From an uncultured Spirochaetaceae bacterium (GTDB lineage Bacteria > Spirochaetota > Spirochaetia > SZUA-6 > Fen-1364): a stretch of DNA of 64,000 nt. A program made the translations under genes and the position numbers. Positions within the stretch are counted from its first letter, which is position 1. The number at the start of each line of letters is the position of its first letter. Below, in pieces: positions 25,462 through 34,366 of this stretch. Under the pieces are notes generated by a model. It saw only the letters and a list, made by a program, of their open reading frames with translations, had not been told where the DNA came from and did not search any database. The stretch is taken from positions 11,219-75,218 of the forward strand of contig CAYTGX010000009.1 in assembly GCA_964437385.1 (NCBI GenBank). Direction: 5' to 3'.

Positions 25462-26537
25462 GCGGCGCGAACGTCGAAGCCGGGCTCCGCGGCTTCAGCC
25501 GAGATTCCCTGGCTCGGATACTTGGGGCATTCTCCTCGGTCAGGGTGGCCGTGCTCGGGGACTTCTTTCTGGACAAATACCTCGAAGTCGACCCCGCCCT
25601 TGCCGAGAAGTCACTGGAGACTGGGAAGGTCGCCCATCAGGTCGTGGCCACCCGTCATAGTCCCGGCGCTGCGGGAACCGTGGTCTGCAACCTCGCGGCC
25701 TTGGGCGCAGGAACGATCCGCGCCATTGGCTTCACTGGGGACGAGGGGGAGGGATACGAGCTGCGCGCCGATCTGACCGCTCTGCACTGCGGCACGCACG
25801 CCCTGCACCTGGACCGTGACAGGCGCACTCCAACCTACCTGAAGCCGCGCGACCGCGACGTGGTGAGCCTCGAGGGCGAGCACAGCCGCTACGATCTCAA
25901 GAACCGTCTCCCGACGGGCCGCGACCTGGAACAGAGGATCCTCGCTTCCCTGGATCAGGCCCTTCCGGAAATAGACGCCCTCATCGTCATGGACCAGGTC
26001 GAGGAGACGGACGTTGGGACCGTGACGCGTGCGATTGTGGAGGCGCTTCCGGCCAGGCTCGCTTCCTATCCACGCGTTGTGGCCTGGGCCGACTCGAGGC
26101 GGCGCATCATGGACTTTCGCGGCCTCATCCTCAAGATGAACCAGTTCGAGCTGGCAGGGATTCCTGACCCCAGGACAGGCTCCTCTCTTCCCGATGCTGT
26201 CATCGCGGCCGCTCTCCCGCGCGCCGCCGAGCGGGCGGGGGCGGCGGTCTTCGCCACGGTGGGCGAGCGCGGCGTCTGGACCCTGGGGGCGGAGGGCGGC
26301 TGCCCGGTCCGCGTGCCCGCCGTCCGGGTTACCGTCCCCGTCGACCCCACGGGAGCGGGAGACTCTTTCACAGCGGGTGCCGTTCTCGCCCTCTGTGCGG
26401 GAGCGAGTCTCGAGGAGGCCGCGCTCGTCGGCAACCTCGTCGCATCTGTCACCGTGCGGCAGCTTGCATCGACGGGGACGGCGAGGCCCGAGGACTTATT
26501 CCCGGCCCTCGATCTCTGGATGGAGGCCGAGGCATGA
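25458..26537 (+). CDS. PfkB-family carbohydrate kinase, RfaE/HldE domain-I-like; no adenylyltransferase domain
   Basis: VAVLGDFFLDKY, GAAGTVVCNLAALG and DPTGAGDSF. At 359 aa it is well short of the roughly 475 aa of bifunctional HldE. The start overlaps the upstream stop (GTGA). Confidence 0.8.
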   Translation: MSGANVEAGLRGFSRDSLARILGAFSSVRVAVLGDFFLDKYLEVDPALAEKSLETGKVAHQVVATRHSPGAAGTVVCNLAALGAGTIRAIGFTGDEGEGYELRADLTALHCGTHALHLDRDRRTPTYLKPRDRDVVSLEGEHSRYDLKNRLPTGRDLEQRILASLDQALPEIDALIVMDQVEETDVGTVTRAIVEALPARLASYPRVVAWADSRRRIMDFRGLILKMNQFELAGIPDPRTGSSLPDAVIAAALPRAAERAGAAVFATVGERGVWTLGAEGGCPVRVPAVRVTVPVDPTGAGDSFTAGAVLALCAGASLEEAALVGNLVASVTVRQLASTGTARPEDLFPALDLWMEAEA

Positions 26538-27670
26538 AGTCGTTCTTCAACCGGGAGCGGATCGAGTTCCGCCCCCTCTCCGAGAGGAAGAACAAGCTCG
26601 ATCTCGAACGAGACATGGTGGAGCCCGATTCCTTCGAGCCCGATCTCTCCCCGGAGGCGCGGGTGGACGTCGCATCGGGGGCCGCGGAGATTCGGGCGGC
26701 TCGGGCACGCGGCGCTGCGGTCGTCCTGGCTTTCGGAGCCCACACCATCAAAAACGGGCTCTCGCGCGTCCTCGCGCGGCTCATGGAAGGCGGCTGGGTG
26801 AGCCACTTCGCCACCAATGGGGCCGGTGTGATCCATGATTGGGAATTCGCCTTTCAGGGCAGCTCCGGGGAGGACGTGAAGCGCTACGTCGCGGAAGGGC
26901 AGTTCGGCATCTGGGAAGAAACAGGCGCCTACCTCAACCTCGCCCTCGCTGTCGGTGCCTGGCGCGGCATGGGCTATGGCGAGTCGATCGGCGCTATGAT
27001 CGCCGAGGACGGGCTCGAGCTGCCGGCGGAGTCCCAGCTTTCGGCCGCCCTTCGCGCGGGCGCGGAGGCTGCATCCGGCCCCGGGGGCACTGCGGCGCTC
27101 ACCAGGGCAGCCGCGGCAGCTGATCTTGCCGCCATCATGAGAAGGCGCGGCCTCGCCGCAGGGCGAGTTGTCATCTCGCATCCCCACAAGCGCTCTTCGG
27201 TCGCCGCCGCCGCCTGGTCGGCGGGGGTGCCGTTCACCTGCCACCCGATGTTCGGCCACGACATCATCTACGCGCACCCCATGAGCTCGGGCGCCGCCGT
27301 CGGAAGGACCGCGGAGCTCGACTTTCTGTCATACGCCGACTCGATTTCGCGGATCGAGGGCGGCGTGTACCTTTCAGTCGGGTCGGCGGTCATGTCTCCC
27401 ATGATCTTCGAGAAGTCACTCTCGATGGCGCGCAATGCGGCGCGGCGCGAAGGCAGGAGGATCGACAACTTCTCGATCCACGTGGTGGACCTCGCCCGCT
27501 CCACCTGGGACTGGCAGTCAGGCAAAGAGCCCGCCCAGGATGACCCGGCCTACTACCTGCGCTTCTGCAAGACTTTCAGCAGAATGGGCGGGCGCATGAG
27601 CTATGTGAGCGCTGACAATCGGTCCTGGCTCGTCGCCCTGCTTACTGCGCTTTCCTCTGTCGATCGATAA
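26534..27670 (+). CDS. conserved hypothetical protein, possibly deoxyhypusine-synthase-like fold
   Basis: ATGA start overlap with the kinase gene. FGAHTIKNGL...HFATNGAGVIHDWEF loosely resembles the DHS-family GG..K / TTAG..EHD blocks. This is memory-based and weak. Confidence 0.55.
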   Translation: MKSFFNRERIEFRPLSERKNKLDLERDMVEPDSFEPDLSPEARVDVASGAAEIRAARARGAAVVLAFGAHTIKNGLSRVLARLMEGGWVSHFATNGAGVIHDWEFAFQGSSGEDVKRYVAEGQFGIWEETGAYLNLALAVGAWRGMGYGESIGAMIAEDGLELPAESQLSAALRAGAEAASGPGGTAALTRAAAAADLAAIMRRRGLAAGRVVISHPHKRSSVAAAAWSAGVPFTCHPMFGHDIIYAHPMSSGAAVGRTAELDFLSYADSISRIEGGVYLSVGSAVMSPMIFEKSLSMARNAARREGRRIDNFSIHVVDLARSTWDWQSGKEPAQDDPAYYLRFCKTFSRMGGRMSYVSADNRSWLVALLTALSSVDR

Positions 27671-28526
27671 GCTGTGCGGTATCGGTGGAAGGATCGAGCT
27701 TGTATCCTGCGTCGAGGGCAGAGCGCGCGGCTGCCTGGTCTCCGAGACCTTTCTGGCTGCAGTACGTGAGCAGGTAGGCCACCTGAGTGGCCTCTCCCGT
27801 GGGGAAGGCGTTGATGAACGGAGAGAGGATGGACAGGGCGTCCTTGAAGTTGGACGTGTCGACCAGGACCTGCGATTTGAGAATGACATACCGCGCGTAC
27901 CAGCCGGTCTCCGGATCCGGCGAAATCTGCTGCAGGACCTTGTAGGCGCGGGCGGTCTCTCCGTTGCCATAGTATGAAAGGGCCATGAGATAGGTAAACT
28001 CCGCCTTGTCTGTGTCATCGGTGGAGTCCTTCATGGCCTTATCCAGAACCTTCAGCGCGTCCGCGAACTTCTTGTCGTCCAGGAGGGCCTGCACCTTCTC
28101 GCGGGTTTCGTCATTCTCGTCCACCCAGGTCACGGGCGCCTGACCCTGGAGCTCGCCGCGCACACCGGCGGCCTGGGCTGCCCTTGACTTTTCCGTGGTC
28201 AGGGACGCCAGCTTCTGAGAGATGGCGCTGCCAATGCCGCCGGCCCCGGATTTGCCGGCTGCCTTGGCAAGGGCGGCCACGTCGTAGACGCCGTCCTTCA
28301 GGATCGTGATCTTGAGCTTGCCCCTGAAGAGCTCGAGCGATCCGCTTTGAGAGATCCGCACGCTTCCATCAGCAGGGACCTTGTCGCCGATAGAGAGGGT
28401 CATCCATGCTTTGGCCGCCTGCAGCTCAGCCACTCCGTCAAGATAGCTGACGGAGAATGCCTGTGCGCTTATGCCCGCCGTGAGCACAAGGGCGAAAACC
28501 GCCGGAAAAAGTATTTTCTTATTCAT
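27642..28526 (-). CDS. secreted FecR-like/TPR repeat protein
   Basis: Signal peptide MNKKILFPAVFALVLTAGISAQA, an N-terminal FecR-like beta region and C-terminal TPR-like helices. Confidence 0.75.
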   Translation of the reverse strand: MNKKILFPAVFALVLTAGISAQAFSVSYLDGVAELQAAKAWMTLSIGDKVPADGSVRISQSGSLELFRGKLKITILKDGVYDVAALAKAAGKSGAGGIGSAISQKLASLTTEKSRAAQAAGVRGELQGQAPVTWVDENDETREKVQALLDDKKFADALKVLDKAMKDSTDDTDKAEFTYLMALSYYGNGETARAYKVLQQISPDPETGWYARYVILKSQVLVDTSNFKDALSILSPFINAFPTGEATQVAYLLTYCSQKGLGDQAAARSALDAGYKLDPSTDTAQLIDRQRKAQ

Positions 28527-28578
28527 GATGCGATACTACCACGGCAGTGACATCTCCACAAATCAGGCGGGAGGATTT

Positions 28579-29547
28579 CTAGTTGCGAAGCTCTGCCGCC
28601 GGTTCGCGGGGCACCGCCTGCAGGCCCACACGGGCCGAATGCCGTATCACGACAAGCTCTGCCGACCTGCCAATGCGCTCGTCTGTGAGCTGGCGGTGCA
28701 GATCGTCGATGGAGGATATGGTCTTCCCGTCAAACTCGACCAGCAGGTCGCGCACCTGCAGCCCGGCGCGCTCTGCCGGGCTGTCCGGCTCCACGGAAAT
28801 GATCAGCACCCCGCTTTCCGCGCCCAGGCCTAGAACGTGAGCCGCATGGGGCGGGACCTTCATGTTCTGGCCGCCGATCCCGAGCCACCCCCGCCGGATC
28901 CGGCCGTCTCGGATGAGACGGGGCGCGACATACTGCGCCGTGTTGATCGGTGTGGCGAAGCACAATCCTTGCGCCCCGAGGATGATCGCCGTGTTCACCC
29001 CGATCACCTCGCCGTGTGTAGTGACCAGAGGCCCCCCCGAGTTGCCCGGGTTCAACGCCGCGTCGGTCTGGATGACGTTGTCGATGAGCCGACCGGACTG
29101 CGAGCGGAGGGACCTTCCCACGGCGCTTACAACTCCCGCGGTCACCGTGCACTGAAAACCCAGCGGGTTTCCGATGGCAATGACAAGCTGACCCACCCGA
29201 AGAGACTCGGAATTGCCCAGGCGGGCAGTGGGAAGACCCGATTCATGGACGCGCACTACAGCGAGGTCGGTATCAGGATCATCGCCGACAAGCTCTGCCT
29301 GAAACCTGCGGCCGTCCGTGAGAATGGCTTCCACCCGGGTTGCGCCGCGCACCACGTGACTGTTGGTCAGGATGAATCCGTCCGGGGCAAAGACGAAGCC
29401 GGATCCGCTGCCATTGCTCTCCCCGCGCCGGCCGTGGCCGCTCACCTGGATGTGCACGACCGCCGGGCTGGCCTTGTCCACACCTTCCACGACCGCTTGC
29501 GAATAGGCGTCCAGAAGGGCGATATCCGACTGAATGGGTCCGTTCAT
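28579..29547 (-). CDS. S1C (HtrA/DegP-like) serine protease with one PDZ domain
   Basis: TNSHVV, DLAVV and GNSGGPL catalytic triad contexts, with a C-terminal PDZ domain. No obvious signal peptide. Confidence 0.85.
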   Translation of the reverse strand: MNGPIQSDIALLDAYSQAVVEGVDKASPAVVHIQVSGHGRRGESNGSGSGFVFAPDGFILTNSHVVRGATRVEAILTDGRRFQAELVGDDPDTDLAVVRVHESGLPTARLGNSESLRVGQLVIAIGNPLGFQCTVTAGVVSAVGRSLRSQSGRLIDNVIQTDAALNPGNSGGPLVTTHGEVIGVNTAIILGAQGLCFATPINTAQYVAPRLIRDGRIRRGWLGIGGQNMKVPPHAAHVLGLGAESGVLIISVEPDSPAERAGLQVRDLLVEFDGKTISSIDDLHRQLTDERIGRSAELVVIRHSARVGLQAVPREPAAELRN

Positions 29548-29626
29548 GACCTGTCAAAGATACGGTGCCGGCCTCCTCAGGGCAACCGCGGGTGACCCGG
29601 CCGTGCCGCGCACGTGTTAAACAGGC

Positions 29627-30379
29627 ATGAGGAATCTGGCCGCAGCGATGCTCGCAACGTGTGTCCTGTCCTGCGCCGCATTCGGTTCCGGGGCGAGCGA
29701 GGAGGAGTCGTTCTCCTGTCCCGGCATAGAGACGATTTCCGTCAATGCAGAGTTCCTGGACGTGGAGATAAGTGGGGACGATGGCGCGGCCGTGTCCATG
29801 AGCTCGGATCTGCCTTCAGATTCCCCTTTTGGAGCTCGCGGCTACAAGCTGCTGCACAAAGTGGACGGTGCGCGGCTCAAGGTGTGGCTGGAAAAAGACT
29901 GGCCCTTGGAGTGGCCTTCAGGAGGAACGCTTTCGCTCCAGTGCCCCCGCAGTGCCGTATTGAAAATAGAAACCGTATCCGGCCGCATCAGGGTGGAACG
30001 CATGGGGAGCCGAAACTGCGCACTTCGCACTGTTTCCGGCCAGATCAGAGTGAAGGAAAGTCACGGCAACCTGAACGCGGCCAGCGTCTCCGGGAAAGTG
30101 GTGCTCGACGCGGACGAAGGGAGAGTGACGGTCAGGACCGTTTCCGGGGCAATTGAGGGCCGAGGGCTCGATCTCCAGGAGGATTCCTCGTTTTCCACGA
30201 TTTCCGGAAACGTCGATATCAGGCTTGATGCGCCGCTGGATATGCTGCGTTTCGACCTGCGCTCGCTGTCTGGAAGGATCGTTGTCGGAAATATAAGGGC
30301 TGAAAGGGGCCTGAAAATGGGGACCGATGGGGCGCTGGTGCAGGCGCACAGCGTCTCTGGAGCGCTGATCTTCAGGTAA
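29627..30379 (+). CDS. DUF4097-type beta-repeat lipoprotein
   Basis: Lipobox VLSC and repeated VSG.I.V strands (VSGRIRV, VSGQIRV, VSGKVVL, VSGAIEG, ISGNVDI, LSGRIVV). Confidence 0.7.
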   Translation: MRNLAAAMLATCVLSCAAFGSGASEEESFSCPGIETISVNAEFLDVEISGDDGAAVSMSSDLPSDSPFGARGYKLLHKVDGARLKVWLEKDWPLEWPSGGTLSLQCPRSAVLKIETVSGRIRVERMGSRNCALRTVSGQIRVKESHGNLNAASVSGKVVLDADEGRVTVRTVSGAIEGRGLDLQEDSSFSTISGNVDIRLDAPLDMLRFDLRSLSGRIVVGNIRAERGLKMGTDGALVQAHSVSGALIFR

Positions 30380-30415
30380 AATGGCGCGCCCGCAGGACGG
30401 ACGGCGGGCTGAACG

Positions 30416-31795
30416 CTATTTCAAAGGATCGCGAAAGAGCTCAACGGGCAAGCCTGCGAGCCGGCCGATCTTCGCGTTGCGCTGTTTCTCTTCTCTTTCT
30501 CTCCATTCGCGGAGCGCGGCGGCCTGCGCCCGAGGAATGTCGAGCCGAAGATTCCCTGTAGAGCCTGTCGACTTTTTTTTTGCTATGGCCTCTGCAGGGT
30601 CCCGGGCGCCGAGGTCCTGGAGTCCGCGGCCGATCTGCTGATACGCGTCCCTGAACGGGACGCCGTCGGAGACGAGCTCGAGAGCCCTGTCAGTCGCGAA
30701 AATCTCCGGAGTAAAAGCCGCGCGCAGCCGGTCTTCATTGACCACGAGCTTTTCGATTGTCAGGTCCATTATCCGTACGGACCCCAGCCCCGCCTCGCAG
30801 CCTCTGAAAAACGGCCCTTTGGTTTCCTGGAAGTCCCGATTGTATCCGCTGGGGAGTGAGCGGATGATCGCCTTGATCCCCATGACATCCGCCGAGATGG
30901 CCGCGCTTTTTGCCCGTACAAGCTCCAGCCCGTCCGGGTTTCTTTTCTGGGGCATCATGCTCGAGCCGGTGCACAACTCATCCGGGAGGGTAAAATAGCC
31001 GATCTCCGGCAGGGAAAAGAAGATGAGGTCCTGGGCCATCTTGGAGAGCGTGAGGGCAGCCTGTTCGACCGCCTCCAGCGCAATGGACTCGAATTTGCCC
31101 CGGCTGTTGTTCGCATAGAGCACGTTGTTCTGGACCCGCGAGAAACCGAGAAGGTCCGCCACCATTTCCCTGTTCGCAGGAAGGGGCGATCCGTAGCTGG
31201 CCGCCGAGCCGAGGGGACAGCAGTCCAGCATGGAAAACGCGCTCTGCGCGAGCGCCGCATCGTCCAGCAGCTCCTCCGCGAACGCTCCCGCCCACAAGCC
31301 GACCGAAGAAGGCATGGCGAGCTGGGTGTGCGTCCTCCCCGGCATGGGGGTGAGCGCGTGCGTTTCGGCGAAATCGAGCAGCCTCGCGACTAGATCCAGG
31401 CATGCTTTTTGAAACGAAAACAGGAACCCACGGCTCCAGAGCCGAAGCGCGGCGAGCACCTGGTCGTTCCGCGACCTGCCGGTGTGGATGCGTTTGCCCG
31501 TGTCTCCAAGGGCGCGCACGAGGTGGTTTTCGATCGCCGTATGCACATCCTCGTCCGATCGGCTGATGAAGAACTTTCCCTGTTCGTTCAGGAGGATGAT
31601 GCCGGCAAGCTCTTTCACCAGTGAGTCACATTCCGGCACGGAAAGAATGCCTATGGAGGAAAGCATCCGCGCATGGGCCATGCTGGACACGCAGTCTGCG
31701 TTCACGAGCCTCGCATCGAGCACAGGGTCGCTGCCCACGGTGAAAGCTTCCATCAACGAATCGAGGCTGTACGTTTTTTCCCAGAGCTTGGCCAT
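30416..31795 (-). CDS. argH: argininosuccinate lyase
   Basis: MAKLWEK N-terminus (ATG 31795) and the GSSMMPQKRNPD signature. Confidence 0.9.
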   Translation of the reverse strand: MAKLWEKTYSLDSLMEAFTVGSDPVLDARLVNADCVSSMAHARMLSSIGILSVPECDSLVKELAGIILLNEQGKFFISRSDEDVHTAIENHLVRALGDTGKRIHTGRSRNDQVLAALRLWSRGFLFSFQKACLDLVARLLDFAETHALTPMPGRTHTQLAMPSSVGLWAGAFAEELLDDAALAQSAFSMLDCCPLGSAASYGSPLPANREMVADLLGFSRVQNNVLYANNSRGKFESIALEAVEQAALTLSKMAQDLIFFSLPEIGYFTLPDELCTGSSMMPQKRNPDGLELVRAKSAAISADVMGIKAIIRSLPSGYNRDFQETKGPFFRGCEAGLGSVRIMDLTIEKLVVNEDRLRAAFTPEIFATDRALELVSDGVPFRDAYQQIGRGLQDLGARDPAEAIAKKKSTGSTGNLRLDIPRAQAAALREWREREEKQRNAKIGRLAGLPVELFRDPLK

Positions 31796-31806
31796 AGAAA
31801 GCAATA

Positions 31807-32544
31807 CTAGGCGTCGGGTTCCGCTCTGTCAATCAATTCGTCGGACTGTTCTTCGGCGCTGAACTTCGGATTATTGCCCGCAATCACGACCGTTATTTCC
31901 CCGCGCACCTTCACGTCCTTGAACTGCAGGGCGAGCTCGCTCAGGGTGCCCCGGTGGGTTTTCTCGAATTGCTTGGTAAGCTCGATGCACACGGCTGCGC
32001 GCCTGTCTCCCAGCATGTCCCGGGCGTCCTCCAGAAGCTTCTGCACGCGGAAGGGGGACTCGTAAAAGACAAGGGTATGGGGGAGGTCCTTCTCCATGGC
32101 GAGATATCGCCTGCGAATTCCTGGTTTTCTGGGCGGGAATCCCTTGAATGTGAAACTGGAGGTGGGCAATCCCGACGCAAGGAGCGCAGGCTCGACTGCC
32201 CCGGCCCCGGGCAGAACCTCGACTGAGTATCCCTCCTCGAGGGCCCGGGAGATCACCCTGTAGCCGGCGTCACTGATGCCGGGGTAGCCGGCGTCCGAAC
32301 AGATTCCCACCGATTGCCCTGCCTTGAGGAAGCCGATAATCCTCGCGCCGGCCTGCGCTTCGTTCTGCTCGCGGTAGGAGATGATCGTTTCAGGACTGTG
32401 AATGCCGTGTTTCTCAAAGAGGATCCGCGTGTGCCGGGTATCCTCACAGGCCAGAATATGCAGCTCTCCGAGCACACGTATGGCCCGAAGGGTCATGTCC
32501 TCCAGGTTCCCGATAGGCGTTGCGATGATGAAAAGCTTCGTCAT
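31807..32544 (-). CDS. rsmI: 16S rRNA (cytidine1402-2'-O)-methyltransferase
   Basis: MTKLFIIATPIGNLEDMTLRA and CEDTRHT motifs. The start was trimmed from 32682 to ATG 32544. Confidence 0.85.
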   Translation of the reverse strand: MTKLFIIATPIGNLEDMTLRAIRVLGELHILACEDTRHTRILFEKHGIHSPETIISYREQNEAQAGARIIGFLKAGQSVGICSDAGYPGISDAGYRVISRALEEGYSVEVLPGAGAVEPALLASGLPTSSFTFKGFPPRKPGIRRRYLAMEKDLPHTLVFYESPFRVQKLLEDARDMLGDRRAAVCIELTKQFEKTHRGTLSELALQFKDVKVRGEITVVIAGNNPKFSAEEQSDELIDRAEPDA

Positions 32545-32649
32545 GTGGGTAATTCCGCGCGAGTATATCTCATTTCTCTTGATCCGGGCAGAGCGGCGGC
32601 AGTATCTTCGCTTGTGAATGTTGCAGCGTGCGCGCGTTGCGCGGGCGCT

Positions 32650-32721
32650 GAAGCGACTGGCGTTTGAAGATGGGCACACCATCGGGGAGCTTCTGCGGGT
32701 ACGGCGTCGTACGCCTGGGCG
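32650..32721 (+). promoter_or_regulatory. ZTP (pfl motif) riboswitch aptamer upstream of glyA
   Basis: P1 is GAAGC (32650-54) paired with GCUUC (32689-93). GACUGGCG, P2 GAUGG/CCAUC and CGGGGAG follow, then P3 GUACG-GCGU-CGUAC and the 3' CGCCUGGGCG, which can pair with GGCGU (pseudoknot). Confidence 0.7.
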
Positions 32722-32741
32722 TCTGCCGCGAACTGCTTCAC

Positions 32742-32760
32742 CTGGGGATTACCCCGGAGG
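32742..32760 (+). promoter_or_regulatory. SD-sequestering hairpin (expression platform) of glyA
   Basis: CUGGGG-AUUA-CCCCGG overlaps the first Gs of GGAGG (32756-32760), which lies 7 nt before ATG 32768. Confidence 0.45.
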
Positions 32761-32767
32761 CCAGCCC

Positions 32768-34294
32768 ATGCCCGCCAATCCGCTTGCCGATTACCTGAAA
32801 ACGTGCACTTCACCTGATCCCGGTGCTGTGGCATACATCGCGTCTCTGCAAACAATCGCGCAATCATCCCCCGAGATCGCGCGGTCCATCGTATCCGAGC
32901 TGGAGAAGCAGCGCTCCAACATCAAGCTGATTGCCAGTGAGAACTATTCCTCCCTTGCGGTCCAGCTCGCCATGGGCAACCTCCTGACGGACAAGTACGC
33001 CGAAGGCTCCCCGCGGCACAGGTTCTACGCGGGCAACGAAAACGTAGACGATATAGAGGAAAGAGCGCAGGCGGAGGCGCGTGCCCTTTTTGGTGCGGAA
33101 TACGCAAATGTGCAGCCGCACTGCGGGGCGGACGCCAACCTCATGGCGTACTGGGCCATCCTTACAACCAGGGTCGAGGCGCCCGCGCTGAAAGCGTTCG
33201 GGGAATCGAACCTCTACAAGCTCAAGGACAGTCAATGGATGGAGCTTCGGGCGGCCCTGGGAAACCAGCGCCTGCTCGGGCTCAACTATTATTCCGGAGG
33301 TCACTTGACTCACGGCTACCGGTACAACTTGTCCGCCCGTATGTTCGACATTTATTCCTACTCGGTGAGGAAGGATACATCACTTCTTGACTATGATGAG
33401 ATCGAAAAGACCGCGAATGAGGTGAGGCCGCTCATCCTTCTGGCCGGCTACTCGGCGTATCCCAGGAAGATCGATTTCCGCAGAATGCGGGCCATCGCAG
33501 ACTCTGTCGGGGCAGTTTTGATGGTCGACATGGCTCATTTTGCCGGCCTGGTCGCAGGCGGCGTTTTCACGGGGGATTACAGCCCGTTTCCCCATGCCCA
33601 CGTAGTCACGACAACCACCCACAAGACCCTGCGCGGTCCGCGCGCCGGCATGGTTCTTTCGACAGGGGAGTTCGCAGATGCCCTGGATAAGTCCTGCCCG
33701 CTGATGATGGGAGGTCCGCTCCCGCACGTCGTGGCGGCCAAGGCTGTTGCCCTGCGCGAGGCCCGTTCAGAGGAGTTCAAGACATATGCCCGCGGAATCG
33801 TCGAGAACGCGCAGGCTCTTTCCGCGGCCTGCATGGCCCGCGGCCTGGAGGTCGTGACCGGCGGAACGGACAATCACCTGTTTCTTGTCAACGTCGCCTC
33901 GCTTGGCTTGACTGGCAGGCAGGCGGAGGGCGCCCTCCATGAGTGCGGCATCACGCTCAACCGCAACGCGCTTCCGTACGACCAGAACGGTCCCTGGTAC
34001 ACGAGCGGCCTTCGCATCGGCACCCCTGCGGTGACTACGCTGGGCATGGAGCCTGAGCAGATGCGGGAAATTGCGTCGGTGATAAGCCTCGTTCTCAAGG
34101 CGACACGTCCGCAGAGTGCGCCGGACGGCACACCAGGTAAAGCAAAATACCAGGTGGACGCTGGAGCGAGGTCGAAAGCACTGCAAAAGGTCAAAGCCCT
34201 GCTGGACCGTTTTCCCGTCTATCCCGAGCTCGACCTCGACTTCCTGAAAAGTGCCTTCTGCGCGTCACCCGTCCGAATGCACGCGATGGCTTAG
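32768..34294 (+). CDS. glyA: serine hydroxymethyltransferase, long form (508 aa)
   Basis: IKLIASENYSS, GGHLTHG and TTTHKTLRGPR (PLP lysine). It has an N-terminal extension, an internal insert and a C-terminal extension relative to SHMTs of about 415 aa. The start was moved from 32618. Confidence 0.9.
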   Translation: MPANPLADYLKTCTSPDPGAVAYIASLQTIAQSSPEIARSIVSELEKQRSNIKLIASENYSSLAVQLAMGNLLTDKYAEGSPRHRFYAGNENVDDIEERAQAEARALFGAEYANVQPHCGADANLMAYWAILTTRVEAPALKAFGESNLYKLKDSQWMELRAALGNQRLLGLNYYSGGHLTHGYRYNLSARMFDIYSYSVRKDTSLLDYDEIEKTANEVRPLILLAGYSAYPRKIDFRRMRAIADSVGAVLMVDMAHFAGLVAGGVFTGDYSPFPHAHVVTTTTHKTLRGPRAGMVLSTGEFADALDKSCPLMMGGPLPHVVAAKAVALREARSEEFKTYARGIVENAQALSAACMARGLEVVTGGTDNHLFLVNVASLGLTGRQAEGALHECGITLNRNALPYDQNGPWYTSGLRIGTPAVTTLGMEPEQMREIASVISLVLKATRPQSAPDGTPGKAKYQVDAGARSKALQKVKALLDRFPVYPELDLDFLKSAFCASPVRMHAMA

Positions 34295-34344
34295 TAGCGT
34301 ATAGGGCGATGGCAAGCAAATGCCAGTCGGACCCGCGCGTGGAT

Positions 34345-34361
34345 ACCGCCCTTTGGGCGGT
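34345..34361. terminator. small bidirectional hairpin between convergent glyA and the KASIII gene
   Basis: accgccc-ttt-gggcggt. Confidence 0.35.
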
Positions 34362-34366
34362 GCCTG

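Noticed and set aside
27642-27670. Convergent CDS overlaps (27642-27670 and 36797-36833) as possible antisense regulatory modules.
   Set aside because: Short 3'-end overlaps of convergent genes are common in compact genomes. I saw no additional structure or motif that would support a specific mechanism.
30573-30581. Poly-T(9) homopolymer inside argH (encoding KKK on the minus strand) as a possible slip-strand phase-variation site.
   Set aside because: The reading frame is intact, the gene is housekeeping, and the run lies in the non-conserved C-terminal tail. There is no evidence of a frameshift.
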